Source: Candidatus Multivorans sp. (GTDB lineage: Bacteria; Acidobacteriota; Thermoanaerobaculia; Multivoradales; Multivoraceae). Taken from it: a stretch of 64,000 nt of DNA. A program made the position numbers and the translations under genes. Numbering within the stretch: the first letter of the stretch is position 1; the number at the start of each line of letters is the position of its first letter. The stretch spans positions 1,312,001 to 1,376,000 of the forward strand of contig OZ245033.1 in assembly GCA_965224025.1 (NCBI GenBank). The letters are read 5' to 3'. The notes beneath the pieces are model-generated. The model was given only the letters and a program-made list of their open reading frames with translations, was not told where the DNA came from and did no database searches. Of the stretch, positions 55,832 to 64,000 are shown one piece after another.

Positions 55832-57638
55832 GAAGCAGGATCGTAGCAGCAGGTTGGGAGCAGGGGCGGCAGTTGCCGTCGCCGCGGTCCTGTGCCTCGC
55901 GGCGGTCGCGGGAAGCCAGTTCCGGCCGCCTCAGAAGGCGTCGCTCGAGGCCTTCGCCGACCGCACGTCCTACGCTTCCGGCGAGGCGGTGCGCATCGCC
56001 GCCGTGATCACGATTGAAGACGGCTGGCACATCCAGAGCAACACACCGAGTTTCGACTACCTGATCCCCACCGAGATCGCCTTCGAGCTGCCCGCCGGCT
56101 GGCCGCAGCCCGACGTCCGCTACCCCGACCACGTGATGTGGGAGTTCGGGTTCTCGGAGGAGCTGCTGGCTGTCTACGAACACGAGGCGGTGATCCACGC
56201 GGACCTCGACCTGCCCGCGGACGCGCCAGCCGGCGCCGTCGACGTGTCCGCCGAACTCACCTACCAGGCCTGTGACGACATCCAGTGTCTGCCGCCGGTC
56301 ACCGCCGAGGCAACGGTTCAACTCGAGATCGGCGCCACCGGCGAGCCAACCGGCCATCCAGCCTTCGACGCCCCTCCGGCAGGGTCGGCCGGCGCCTCCG
56401 CCGGCGCCATCGGACTCTTCGCGGCGTTGATTCCGGCCCTGCTCGGCGGACTGATCCTGAACGGCATGCCGTGCGTGCTGCCGATCGTCTCGCTCAAGCT
56501 CTTCGGACTGGCCCAGGCTTCCGGCCGTCCCCGCCGGGAGATCACGGCGGGCGCGCTGATGACGACGCTGGGCATCCTCGTCTCGTTCTGGGTGCTCGCG
56601 GCGGCGACGCTCCTGGCCCGCTCGGCCGGCCAGGCGGTGGGCTGGGGAATCCAGTTCCAGAACCCCCTGTTCGTCACCTTCCTGGTGCTCGTCCTCACCC
56701 TGTTCACCCTGAACATCTGGGGTCTGTTCGAGATCCAGTTGCCGCACGCGATGACCAACCGTCTGGGAGGCGGCCGCAGCGAGGGCTACTCCGGGCACTT
56801 CTTCTCCGGCGTCTTCGCCACCCTGATGGCGACCCCGTGCTCGGCGCCCTTCCTCGGCACCGCGATCGGCTTCGCGCTCAGCCAGCCGGGAACCACGATC
56901 GTGACCGTCTTCACCGCGGTCGGCGTCGGACTCGCGGCCCCCTACCTGCTGCTCGCCGCAGTCCCCAACGCGGTCAGGATGCTGCCGAAACCCGGCGAGT
57001 GGATGGCGACGCTGCGCGGGATCATGGGCTTTCTGATCGCCGGCACGACGGTCTGGCTGCTCTACGTCCTCGCCGCCCAGATGGACAGCGCCCGCCTCGC
57101 CTTTCTCGAGATCGGGCTTCTCGTCCTGGCCCTCTTCATCTGGTTGCAGGGCCGGACACAGGGAACTGCGCCGCGCATCCTCGGACGCGTCGGAGCGGTG
57201 GCCGCGGCCCTCTTCGTCCTGTTCCTCGCGGGCGGCGCATCGGCCCACTCCGGCGGGCCCGGCATCGAGCGCGTCCTGAACTGGGTTCCCTTCGACCCGG
57301 TCCAGGCCGTGACCCTCGCCGACGAGGGGCGGCTGGTCTTCGTCGACGTCACCGCGGACTGGTGCGCCACCTGCAAGGTGAACGAACGTCTGGTCCTCGA
57401 GACCGAGGAGACGGCCGCCCTCTTTGCCCGCTACGACGTGGTGGCGATGCAGGCCGACTGGACCAATCGGGACGATGGCATCGCCCGCTACCTGGCGAGC
57501 TTCGGACGCTACGGCATTCCGTTCTACGCGCTGTACCGACCGAACCAGGCGCCGCACCTCTTCAGCGAACTCCTGCGCAAGGGCAGGTTGGAAGAGGCGA
57601 TCCGCAGCTCAGCCGGCGACTTGGTCGCGTCGCGGTAG
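55830..57638 (+). CDS. dsbD: DsbD-like thiol:disulfide interchange protein (start uncertain)
   Basis: YQACDDIQCLPP, MPCVLP, TPCSAP, ADWCATCK. Confidence 0.88.
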   Translation: MKQDRSSRLGAGAAVAVAAVLCLAAVAGSQFRPPQKASLEAFADRTSYASGEAVRIAAVITIEDGWHIQSNTPSFDYLIPTEIAFELPAGWPQPDVRYPDHVMWEFGFSEELLAVYEHEAVIHADLDLPADAPAGAVDVSAELTYQACDDIQCLPPVTAEATVQLEIGATGEPTGHPAFDAPPAGSAGASAGAIGLFAALIPALLGGLILNGMPCVLPIVSLKLFGLAQASGRPRREITAGALMTTLGILVSFWVLAAATLLARSAGQAVGWGIQFQNPLFVTFLVLVLTLFTLNIWGLFEIQLPHAMTNRLGGGRSEGYSGHFFSGVFATLMATPCSAPFLGTAIGFALSQPGTTIVTVFTAVGVGLAAPYLLLAAVPNAVRMLPKPGEWMATLRGIMGFLIAGTTVWLLYVLAAQMDSARLAFLEIGLLVLALFIWLQGRTQGTAPRILGRVGAVAAALFVLFLAGGASAHSGGPGIERVLNWVPFDPVQAVTLADEGRLVFVDVTADWCATCKVNERLVLETEETAALFARYDVVAMQADWTNRDDGIARYLASFGRYGIPFYALYRPNQAPHLFSELLRKGRLEEAIRSSAGDLVASR

Positions 57639-57878
57639 GATCACCCAAGCGGATGCTCAGACTCGCCGTCTCGTCCAGGGCGAAAGTTAGTAGTGAACGT
57701 TCTGTTCAGGCCAACGAGATTCAAGAACAACATCGTATGAGTGCGCGGGGTCTTGGGAGTAGGGAGGTTGGGCCGGGTTCGGCCTGACCCCGGATTCTCC
57801 GTCGGCACGACCGGCCACGGTCGCGGATGAACCGTAACGCGTGTTGATAGGGTCGCGCCTCGGCACGGGTAGAGGGGA

Positions 57879-59315
57879 TTGGCTACAGCAACCCAACTGT
57901 TCTCCAGCCGCTGGGGGCTGATGCTGGCCATGCTGGGCATGGCGGTGGGTACCGGCAACCTGTGGCGGTTCCCCCGCATCGCCGCGTCCAACGGCGGCGG
58001 CTCCTTCCTGGTCGCCTGGGTCGTCTTCCTGATGCTCTGGTCGGTGCCGCTGATCCTGGCCGAGTTCGCGCTCGGCAAGAAGATGCGGAACGGCACCGTC
58101 GGCGCCTTCGCGCGGATGATGGGCGATCGGTTCGCCTGGATGGGCGCCTGGATCGCCTGGGTGGCGGCGGCGATCGGCTTTTACTACGCGGTGGTCATGG
58201 GCTGGACGCTGCGGTACTTCCTGGCGGCCGTCACGATGCAGCTCAAGGGCGAAGGCTCGACCGAGCTCTGGGAGGAGTTCTCCTACTCGCCCTCCGCGTT
58301 GGTCTTCCACGCCCTGGCCCTGGCCCTGGCCGTGATCGTCGTGCTCCGGGGGATCCGGGGAATCGAGAGCGTGGTGCGGATTCTGATGCCGGCGCTGCTG
58401 GTTCTGGTCGTGGTGCTGGCCGTCCGCGCCGTGACGTTGCCCGGGGCGTCGAGAGGGCTCGAGTTCCTGTTCAAGCCGACCTGGAGCGACCTGCTCGACT
58501 ACAACGTCTGGCTGCAGGCGCTGACCCAGAACGCCTGGGACACCGGCGCCGGCTGGGGGCTGGTGCTGACCTACGCGGTGTTCTCGCGTCGCCGGGAGGA
58601 CACGAACCTGAACTCCTTCCTGCTCGCCTTCGGCAACAACAGCGTGTCGTTGCTCGCCGGCGTCATGGTTCTGTGCACCGTCTTCTCGCTGATGCCCGCC
58701 GCCGCCGACCAGATCGTCGACGCCGGCAACGAGGGCCTGACGTTCATCTGGATACCCCAACTGTTCAATGCGATGCCGGGCGGCGCCATCTTCATGGTCC
58801 TGTTCTTCATGGCCCTGGTGTTCGCCGCTTGGACGTCCTTGGTGGCGATGTTTCAGTTGGTCGGTCTGGCGCTCGAGGAGGCGGGGCTCAAGCGGCGTAC
58901 GGCGATCATCTCTCTCGCGGTCGCCGCCTTCGTTCTCGGTGTGCCCTCGGCGCTCTGGCAACCGTTCTTCCTGAACCAGGACAACGTATGGAGCGTCGCC
59001 CTGATGTCGTGCGGCTTCTTCTTCGCCCTGATCGTGATGCGCTACGGGGTCACGCGCTTCCGCGCCGAGATGATCAACAGCGGAGACCAGGACTTGGCGG
59101 TCGGCGTCTGGTGGGAGTGGGCTATCCGGCTGGTCGTGGTCCAGGCGCTGGCGCTCGTGGTCTGGATGTGCTGGGGCGCGCGCAACGAACCGCTGTGGGG
59201 ACCGCTCGGCGTGGGCAACATGTTCGCCCAGTGGCTCGTGGTGGCCGCGGTTCTGATCGCGCTGAACGGCGTGTTTCTGCGCGGTCTGAAGAGACGCGCT
59301 CAGAACACGGAGTAG
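57879..59315 (+). CDS. sodium-dependent transporter, NSS/SNF family
   Basis: FSSRWG, AVGTGNLWRFP, NGGGSF, GLTFI. Confidence 0.92.
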   Translation: MATATQLFSSRWGLMLAMLGMAVGTGNLWRFPRIAASNGGGSFLVAWVVFLMLWSVPLILAEFALGKKMRNGTVGAFARMMGDRFAWMGAWIAWVAAAIGFYYAVVMGWTLRYFLAAVTMQLKGEGSTELWEEFSYSPSALVFHALALALAVIVVLRGIRGIESVVRILMPALLVLVVVLAVRAVTLPGASRGLEFLFKPTWSDLLDYNVWLQALTQNAWDTGAGWGLVLTYAVFSRRREDTNLNSFLLAFGNNSVSLLAGVMVLCTVFSLMPAAADQIVDAGNEGLTFIWIPQLFNAMPGGAIFMVLFFMALVFAAWTSLVAMFQLVGLALEEAGLKRRTAIISLAVAAFVLGVPSALWQPFFLNQDNVWSVALMSCGFFFALIVMRYGVTRFRAEMINSGDQDLAVGVWWEWAIRLVVVQALALVVWMCWGARNEPLWGPLGVGNMFAQWLVVAAVLIALNGVFLRGLKRRAQNTE

Positions 59316-59322
59316 CGACGCT

Positions 59323-59643
59323 TCAACTGAGCCGGCGGTGCAGCCAGGCCTGGACGCGTTGAATGCGCCGCCAGGCGTTCGGCCAGCGGCGCATGACGAA
59401 AGCCCGCAGGCGGCGGTTCAGTCGGTCGCTGGCGAGCGAGAGGAGTGCCGCGCCGAGTGCGAGGGGCACGATCTGGGGCACGACGGGAAGCAGGACGCCG
59501 ATGATGCCCAGCAGAAGGAACAGGCCGCCCAGAGCGAAGAGAAGAATGCGCACGCCGGTGCGCAGCGGAGCTAGCTCGGGTTGCTGCTCCACGAGGGGCG
59601 GCGACGGCGGGTCCGGATTGCTCTCAGGCTGCGGCACGGCCAT
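59323..59643 (-). CDS. small membrane protein (DUF454/PGPGW-like)
   Basis: LGGLFLLLGIIGVLLPVVPQ hydrophobic hairpin, basic tail. Confidence 0.6.
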   Translation of the reverse strand: MAVPQPESNPDPPSPPLVEQQPELAPLRTGVRILLFALGGLFLLLGIIGVLLPVVPQIVPLALGAALLSLASDRLNRRLRAFVMRRWPNAWRRIQRVQAWLHRRLS

Positions 59644-59742
59644 GTGCCCGATCATAGTTTCGGAGGCGTGAAGACAGGACGTACGTGAGGGTGCCGCCCG
59701 GGCGACTCGGTCGCGAGAAGCGGTGTCGACGTAGCTGTGGCG

Positions 59743-60984
59743 TCACTCTGAAATCGCTGCACTCGGTGTCGTGAGTCTCACCTTCAAGAAGCGGCGCTTG
59801 CCCACTTTGAGCAGGACATCCGTTCCTTCCCGCAGGATGAAGTACGCGTCACTGACCTTCTCGCCGTCGAGGGAGACCGCCCCCTGCTGGACCAGGCGCC
59901 GCGCTTCGGCTCTGCTGCCCGTGAGGCCGGCATCGGCGATGACGGCAGAGAGAGACTGACCGGCGGGGACGAGGCGGGTCTCGATCTCGTCCGGCACGCC
60001 GCCGCCGCGGAACATGCGGTCGAACTCGGCGCGCGCGCGGTCGGCGGCCTCGCGGCCATGGGAGCCGCGTACGAGGTCATGCGCCAACTCGGCCTTTAGA
60101 TCCCGCGGGCCGGCCTTGCCCTGCTCGACTTCCGCCTTTTGGCGGTCGATCTCGGCCTCGTCGAGGTCGGTCAGCAGCAGCCGCCAGTCCCACATCAGGT
60201 CGTCCGGGATCGACATCGTGCGGCCGAACATCTCGCGGGGCGAGTCCTCGAAGGCGATCGAATTGCCGAGGCTCTTCGACATCTTCTGCACGCCGTCGGT
60301 GCCGACCAGGAGCGGGACGGTAAGGGCGATCTGGGGCTTCAGCCCGCGAGCGCGCATCAGGTCGCGGCCGACGAGGAGGTTGAGCAACTGGTCGTGTCCG
60401 CCGAGCTCGACGTCGGCCTTGAGTTCCACCGAGTCGTAGCCCTGGGTCAGCGGGTAGAGGAGCTCGTGAATCGAGATCGGTTCGTGATTCTCGAACCGGG
60501 CGCGGAAGTCCTCGCGCTCCATCATCCGGGCCAGGGTGTAGGAACCGGCCAGCCGGATGAGCCCCTCGGCGCCCAGCGCGGACAGCCACTCGCTGTTGTG
60601 GAGGATCTCCGTTCGGTCGCGGTCGAGCACCTTCCAGGCCTGTTCCTGGTAGGTCGCCGCGTTGGCGAGGACCTGATCGCGCGCGAGTTGCGGCCGGGTG
60701 GCCTTCTTGCCGGTCGGATCGCCGATCATGGCGGTGAAGTCGCCGACTAGGAACAGGACCCGGTGTCCGAGCTGCTGGAAGTGCGCCATCTTGCGCAGCA
60801 GGACCGCGTGGCCCAGGTGCAGGTCGGGCGCCGTCGGATCGAAGCCGGTCTTGACCAGCAGCGGGCGGTTCTCGTTGCGGGACTCTTCGAGTCGCCGGCG
60901 CAGGGAGTCCTCTTCGACCACATCGACCGCGCCGCGGAGGAGCAGTTCCATCTGCTCGGAGACGGGCGGGAAGCCATCGGCCAT
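59743..60984 (-). CDS. tyrS: tyrosine--tRNA ligase
   Basis: GFDPTAPDLHLGH, QGYDS, KMSKS, C-terminal S4 domain ending KVGKRRF. Confidence 0.97.
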   Translation of the reverse strand: MADGFPPVSEQMELLLRGAVDVVEEDSLRRRLEESRNENRPLLVKTGFDPTAPDLHLGHAVLLRKMAHFQQLGHRVLFLVGDFTAMIGDPTGKKATRPQLARDQVLANAATYQEQAWKVLDRDRTEILHNSEWLSALGAEGLIRLAGSYTLARMMEREDFRARFENHEPISIHELLYPLTQGYDSVELKADVELGGHDQLLNLLVGRDLMRARGLKPQIALTVPLLVGTDGVQKMSKSLGNSIAFEDSPREMFGRTMSIPDDLMWDWRLLLTDLDEAEIDRQKAEVEQGKAGPRDLKAELAHDLVRGSHGREAADRARAEFDRMFRGGGVPDEIETRLVPAGQSLSAVIADAGLTGSRAEARRLVQQGAVSLDGEKVSDAYFILREGTDVLLKVGKRRFLKVRLTTPSAAISE

Positions 60985-61070
60985 CGCCGGAAGCTAGCAG
61001 GTTCCGGCGCGCGGTACGGGGTGCCTCGGGCCACCGAGGAAGCAAAGCGGCCACGTTGAAGCCGAGGTTC

Positions 61071-64000
61071 CTAGCGCCGCCTTGCCTCCACCACGAACCG
61101 TCGGCCGGCGCGCGCCACCTGCAGTACGGACTCGACGTCAGCCAGGCCGGCGCCGGAGATCCGCACTCGGTAGGCACCGGAAGGTACCGGGCCGATCTCA
61201 ACTGGGTTCGGGCCCGAGAGGTAGCGGCGCACTGCTCCAAGACGCTCAGCGGTGATTCGGCCCACGCGGGCCGGCCATATCTCTACCTGGGCGTTCGGGA
61301 TCGCCAAGCCGGTTTCGGCATCGAGCACTTCGACGGTGGCAGTCCCGGAGTCGATCTCGATCGTGACGGGTGCAGTCGTCGGAACCCGGATCTCGACAAC
61401 CCGAGTGTCGGTCGAGAGGTAGTAGGCGCCGGGCTGAACACCGGCGAACTCGAACCGGCCGCCGCCGCCCGTGGTCGCCGATCGCACACTCGGTCGGTCG
61501 CCGGAACTGACAAGGAAGACGACGACACCCGGCTGCTCGCGACCGTCGACCGTCACCATGCCGCTGATCGATTCATCGCCGAGCCGAATCTCGACTAACT
61601 CGTTGGGTCTTTCAGCCGTCAGCTCGGCCGTCGTCGAGCCGCGCCGCTGACCCAAACCCGCGACTGCAGAGATGTACCACTCGCCGAAGGCAAGATAGAC
61701 AACCGGGTTGGGCGCTTCGGTCCTATACTGGAAGCTGGTGCCGCCCGCTAGCGGGGACTGTGAGATGGACACCAGCGCTCGTTCACCGGGTTGCAGGCCC
61801 AGCACGGCAATCTCCACACTTGCTCTCCCCTTGAGTTGCAGCACCTTGTCGGTCACGGAACGGTCCCTGAGGTCTGCCGCCGAGTCCAACTCGCCAAGCC
61901 GGCTGCGAACGGCGACGTTGTACCGCTCCGGTATCGCGGACAGGGAGAAGCGCCCGTCGGGACCTGTCATCGTCTCCAGGCGGTCGAACGACGAGGATGA
62001 ACTCAAAGCCACATGCGCGTCGGGTACCGGCTCGCCGCTGCTGTCGGTGACCCAACCGGTGAATCGCCGCTCTGAGAGGTCGAATACCGGCTCGTTCAAG
62101 CCGTTCGTGAACTGAACGCGATGAGTCGTCACCGCTCCGGTGGCAGGGTGTTCGACATGGGCGAGGTGATCGCCGGTTCTTGTGGTCAGCGAGAAGCGTC
62201 CCGCTGCGGTCGCGACGGCCGTCAGCGTCCCAAGCCGAACTTGAGCACCGGGCAGGGGGCCGCTGTCCGCGGTAACGAGCCCCATCACCCGAGCACTGAG
62301 CGCTTCGAGGTGAACGGTTAGCTGCTGGTCCTGATCGGGAGGAAGGATGTTCACCGTGCCCCGGTAGGTCTCGTACTCGTGGGACCCGACGACGAGCCGA
62401 TACGGGCCTGGCGCGAGACCGTGGATTTGCTGTTTAGTGTCCTCCGTGCACTCGTGAGTTACGGTTGGCAAGAACCCTCTCGCACCGGAAGGTCCGAGTT
62501 GAATTTTTGAGCACTGAGCTGGCGATCCTGCCTGGTCTTCAACCCGAAGACTCAGGCTCGACGCTCGTTCCAACTCGATCTCGACGGGAGTGCTCGCGGG
62601 GAGCACGTCGTACATGGTCCTTGGCAGGAAGCCTGGGGCTTTCGCACGGAGATTCAAGACACTGTGTGGCCTGAGGCCGTCAATGAAGAAGCGTGCGCCC
62701 GTCATGTCCGCGGCAGCCGGATTCAGCATCGGGGCGGACATCGGGCCGCGTAGGGATTCGGCGCCTGCTCGTGCATAGCTCACGTCCGCGGCAGTGACCG
62801 GCAGGCCTTCGCCATCGACCACGATGCCCTCGATGCTCGCGCCCGGTTCGAGCGCAATGTCGCCGAGATCGATCAAGTGCTGGCCGGGCTCAGGCTGTGG
62901 TAGAGGAAAGACGTCGATGGCCCACTCCGGTGCCGCGACAACCAGCGAGAGTGGCTTGGCGGCGAACGCACCCGCCAGCACGACCTCAAAGCGGCCGTCC
63001 CGGTTGCTTCGAACAATTTCACTCTTTCCTCGCCAGCCGCCGCCAGTCCTCGGCCAGCGACTCGGAGCTCCATTGTTCAGTACTGCGTCGACCGTGCTCA
63101 GGGTGCCAAGTTCGGCGTCTTGAACTGCTTTGCCGTCGGGCGTAGTGACGCGGCCTCGCACCGTGAAGTGGGGCTGCAGCACGAAGTCGAGCCGGGTTGG
63201 CTCGCCGTCACGCCGCAGGAGGGCGCGGCCGTGGGAGGTTCCGAAGCCCGCTCCTACGGCCTCGGCTCGGAGATGCTCGTCATGGGGCAGCATCGACAAT
63301 CGGTACTCCCCGTTGGCATCGGTTGTTGTTGAAGATGCGACGAGCGCCCCTGCGATCTGGAAGGCGGCCTGCGCCACGGAAACGATCGCGTCGTCAACGG
63401 GCCGTCCGCTTGCGTCTGCGACGCTGCCGAACAGTTCCCCGGCTTCCTCTAGCTCCAGTCGGAGTTCCATGTCGACAGGACCCGCCACGATTCTGTTCTG
63501 CGGTAGGTGTCCTGGCGCCCAGGCTGCGAGAGCCCATTCCTGTCGTTGTTCTCCCGCGGCTGCGGCAGGTGCGCCTGGAATCAGGAACACGCCGACCGGA
63601 TCGACCTCGATCGATTCGGGAACAAGAGGCCAGAGCGTGTTGACGGGCTTTGGAGTTTGAGCGAACCCGCGGGTCGCGCGCAGGTCCGTCGCCAGGGTCG
63701 CGGATTGCGGAACGAGCCAGACGCGGGCATCTGGATGCACCTGATTGTCGGCAGTCCGAATGCTGCCGAGCCTTTGCTCTTCAGTGTAAGGCCTCCCTCT
63801 TCCGGCTCGTGGATGTGCCCTCTTGAAGCCGCAGGATGGATTGGTTGACGCCAGCCGTGCAGTGTCCAATGCTGTTGACATGGTAACGCGATGTTCCCCG
63901 CTGCCGACACCTGCGACAATGGTCCCGGACTCGTTCGGCACGAGCACTTGGGTGGCGGCACGCCAACGGTCCTCGGCAGGCCGAGCGTTCGACCACAAGG
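61071..64000 (-). CDS. carboxypeptidase-regulatory-like repeat protein, 5' end outside the window
   Basis: Multiple G.V.D..G.PV..A.V / T...GRF units; open frame to the window edge; AT-richer codon usage than neighbours. Confidence 0.75.
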   Translation of the reverse strand, partial: LWSNARPAEDRWRAATQVLVPNESGTIVAGVGSGEHRVTMSTALDTARLASTNPSCGFKRAHPRAGRGRPYTEEQRLGSIRTADNQVHPDARVWLVPQSATLATDLRATRGFAQTPKPVNTLWPLVPESIEVDPVGVFLIPGAPAAAAGEQRQEWALAAWAPGHLPQNRIVAGPVDMELRLELEEAGELFGSVADASGRPVDDAIVSVAQAAFQIAGALVASSTTTDANGEYRLSMLPHDEHLRAEAVGAGFGTSHGRALLRRDGEPTRLDFVLQPHFTVRGRVTTPDGKAVQDAELGTLSTVDAVLNNGAPSRWPRTGGGWRGKSEIVRSNRDGRFEVVLAGAFAAKPLSLVVAAPEWAIDVFPLPQPEPGQHLIDLGDIALEPGASIEGIVVDGEGLPVTAADVSYARAGAESLRGPMSAPMLNPAAADMTGARFFIDGLRPHSVLNLRAKAPGFLPRTMYDVLPASTPVEIELERASSLSLRVEDQAGSPAQCSKIQLGPSGARGFLPTVTHECTEDTKQQIHGLAPGPYRLVVGSHEYETYRGTVNILPPDQDQQLTVHLEALSARVMGLVTADSGPLPGAQVRLGTLTAVATAAGRFSLTTRTGDHLAHVEHPATGAVTTHRVQFTNGLNEPVFDLSERRFTGWVTDSSGEPVPDAHVALSSSSSFDRLETMTGPDGRFSLSAIPERYNVAVRSRLGELDSAADLRDRSVTDKVLQLKGRASVEIAVLGLQPGERALVSISQSPLAGGTSFQYRTEAPNPVVYLAFGEWYISAVAGLGQRRGSTTAELTAERPNELVEIRLGDESISGMVTVDGREQPGVVVFLVSSGDRPSVRSATTGGGGRFEFAGVQPGAYYLSTDTRVVEIRVPTTAPVTIEIDSGTATVEVLDAETGLAIPNAQVEIWPARVGRITAERLGAVRRYLSGPNPVEIGPVPSGAYRVRISGAGLADVESVLQVARAGRRFVVEARRR

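Noticed and set aside
1-64000. tRNA/rRNA genes, prophage, integrase, reverse transcriptase
   Set aside because: No cloverleaf/T-loop pattern, phage structural genes, tyrosine/serine recombinase or RT motifs were recognised by eye.

Overview
GC-rich bacterial chromosome segment. Gene content and order suggest an Acidobacteria-like organism, but this is inference. The backbone is housekeeping: mlaE/F/D-yggX; plsC-mrp-lpxH-aroA; nrdR-lon-thiL; hrcA-grpE-dnaJ-(rsmE remnant)-recX-alaS-pgsA-MMPL-ffh; rpsP-khpA-rimM-trmD-rplS-rnhB; icd-sucCD-ndk; cdd; a Tat-exported PaoABC/xanthine-dehydrogenase-like operon; an aminotransferase, a DsbD-like protein, an NSS transporter and tyrS. Mobile DNA includes an intact-looking IS630 that splits a gene at the left edge, nested IS1634 copies at 15.3-17.6 kb, and a ~6.3 kb IS/toxin-antitoxin/MITE island between ffh and rpsP. 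The best candidate for an undescribed system is at 10790-15219: a 1111-aa pseudokinase-like/TPR-like sigma54 activator, then a -24/-12 promoter motif, then a very basic protein with three tandem MerR/BldC-like HTH domains and a C-terminal coiled coil. Other notable signals are a perfect 103-bp x3 structured tandem repeat on the lon promoter, REP-like palindromes translated into an MMPL tail, a CTAG-bounded hairpin MITE, recurring TGC-TAnnnT leaderless-type promoters, and a small Cys-rich protein beside a FAD subunit that lacks its Fe-S cysteines. No tRNA, rRNA or CRISPR array was recognised. All family calls come from motif recognition by eye; no database searches were run.
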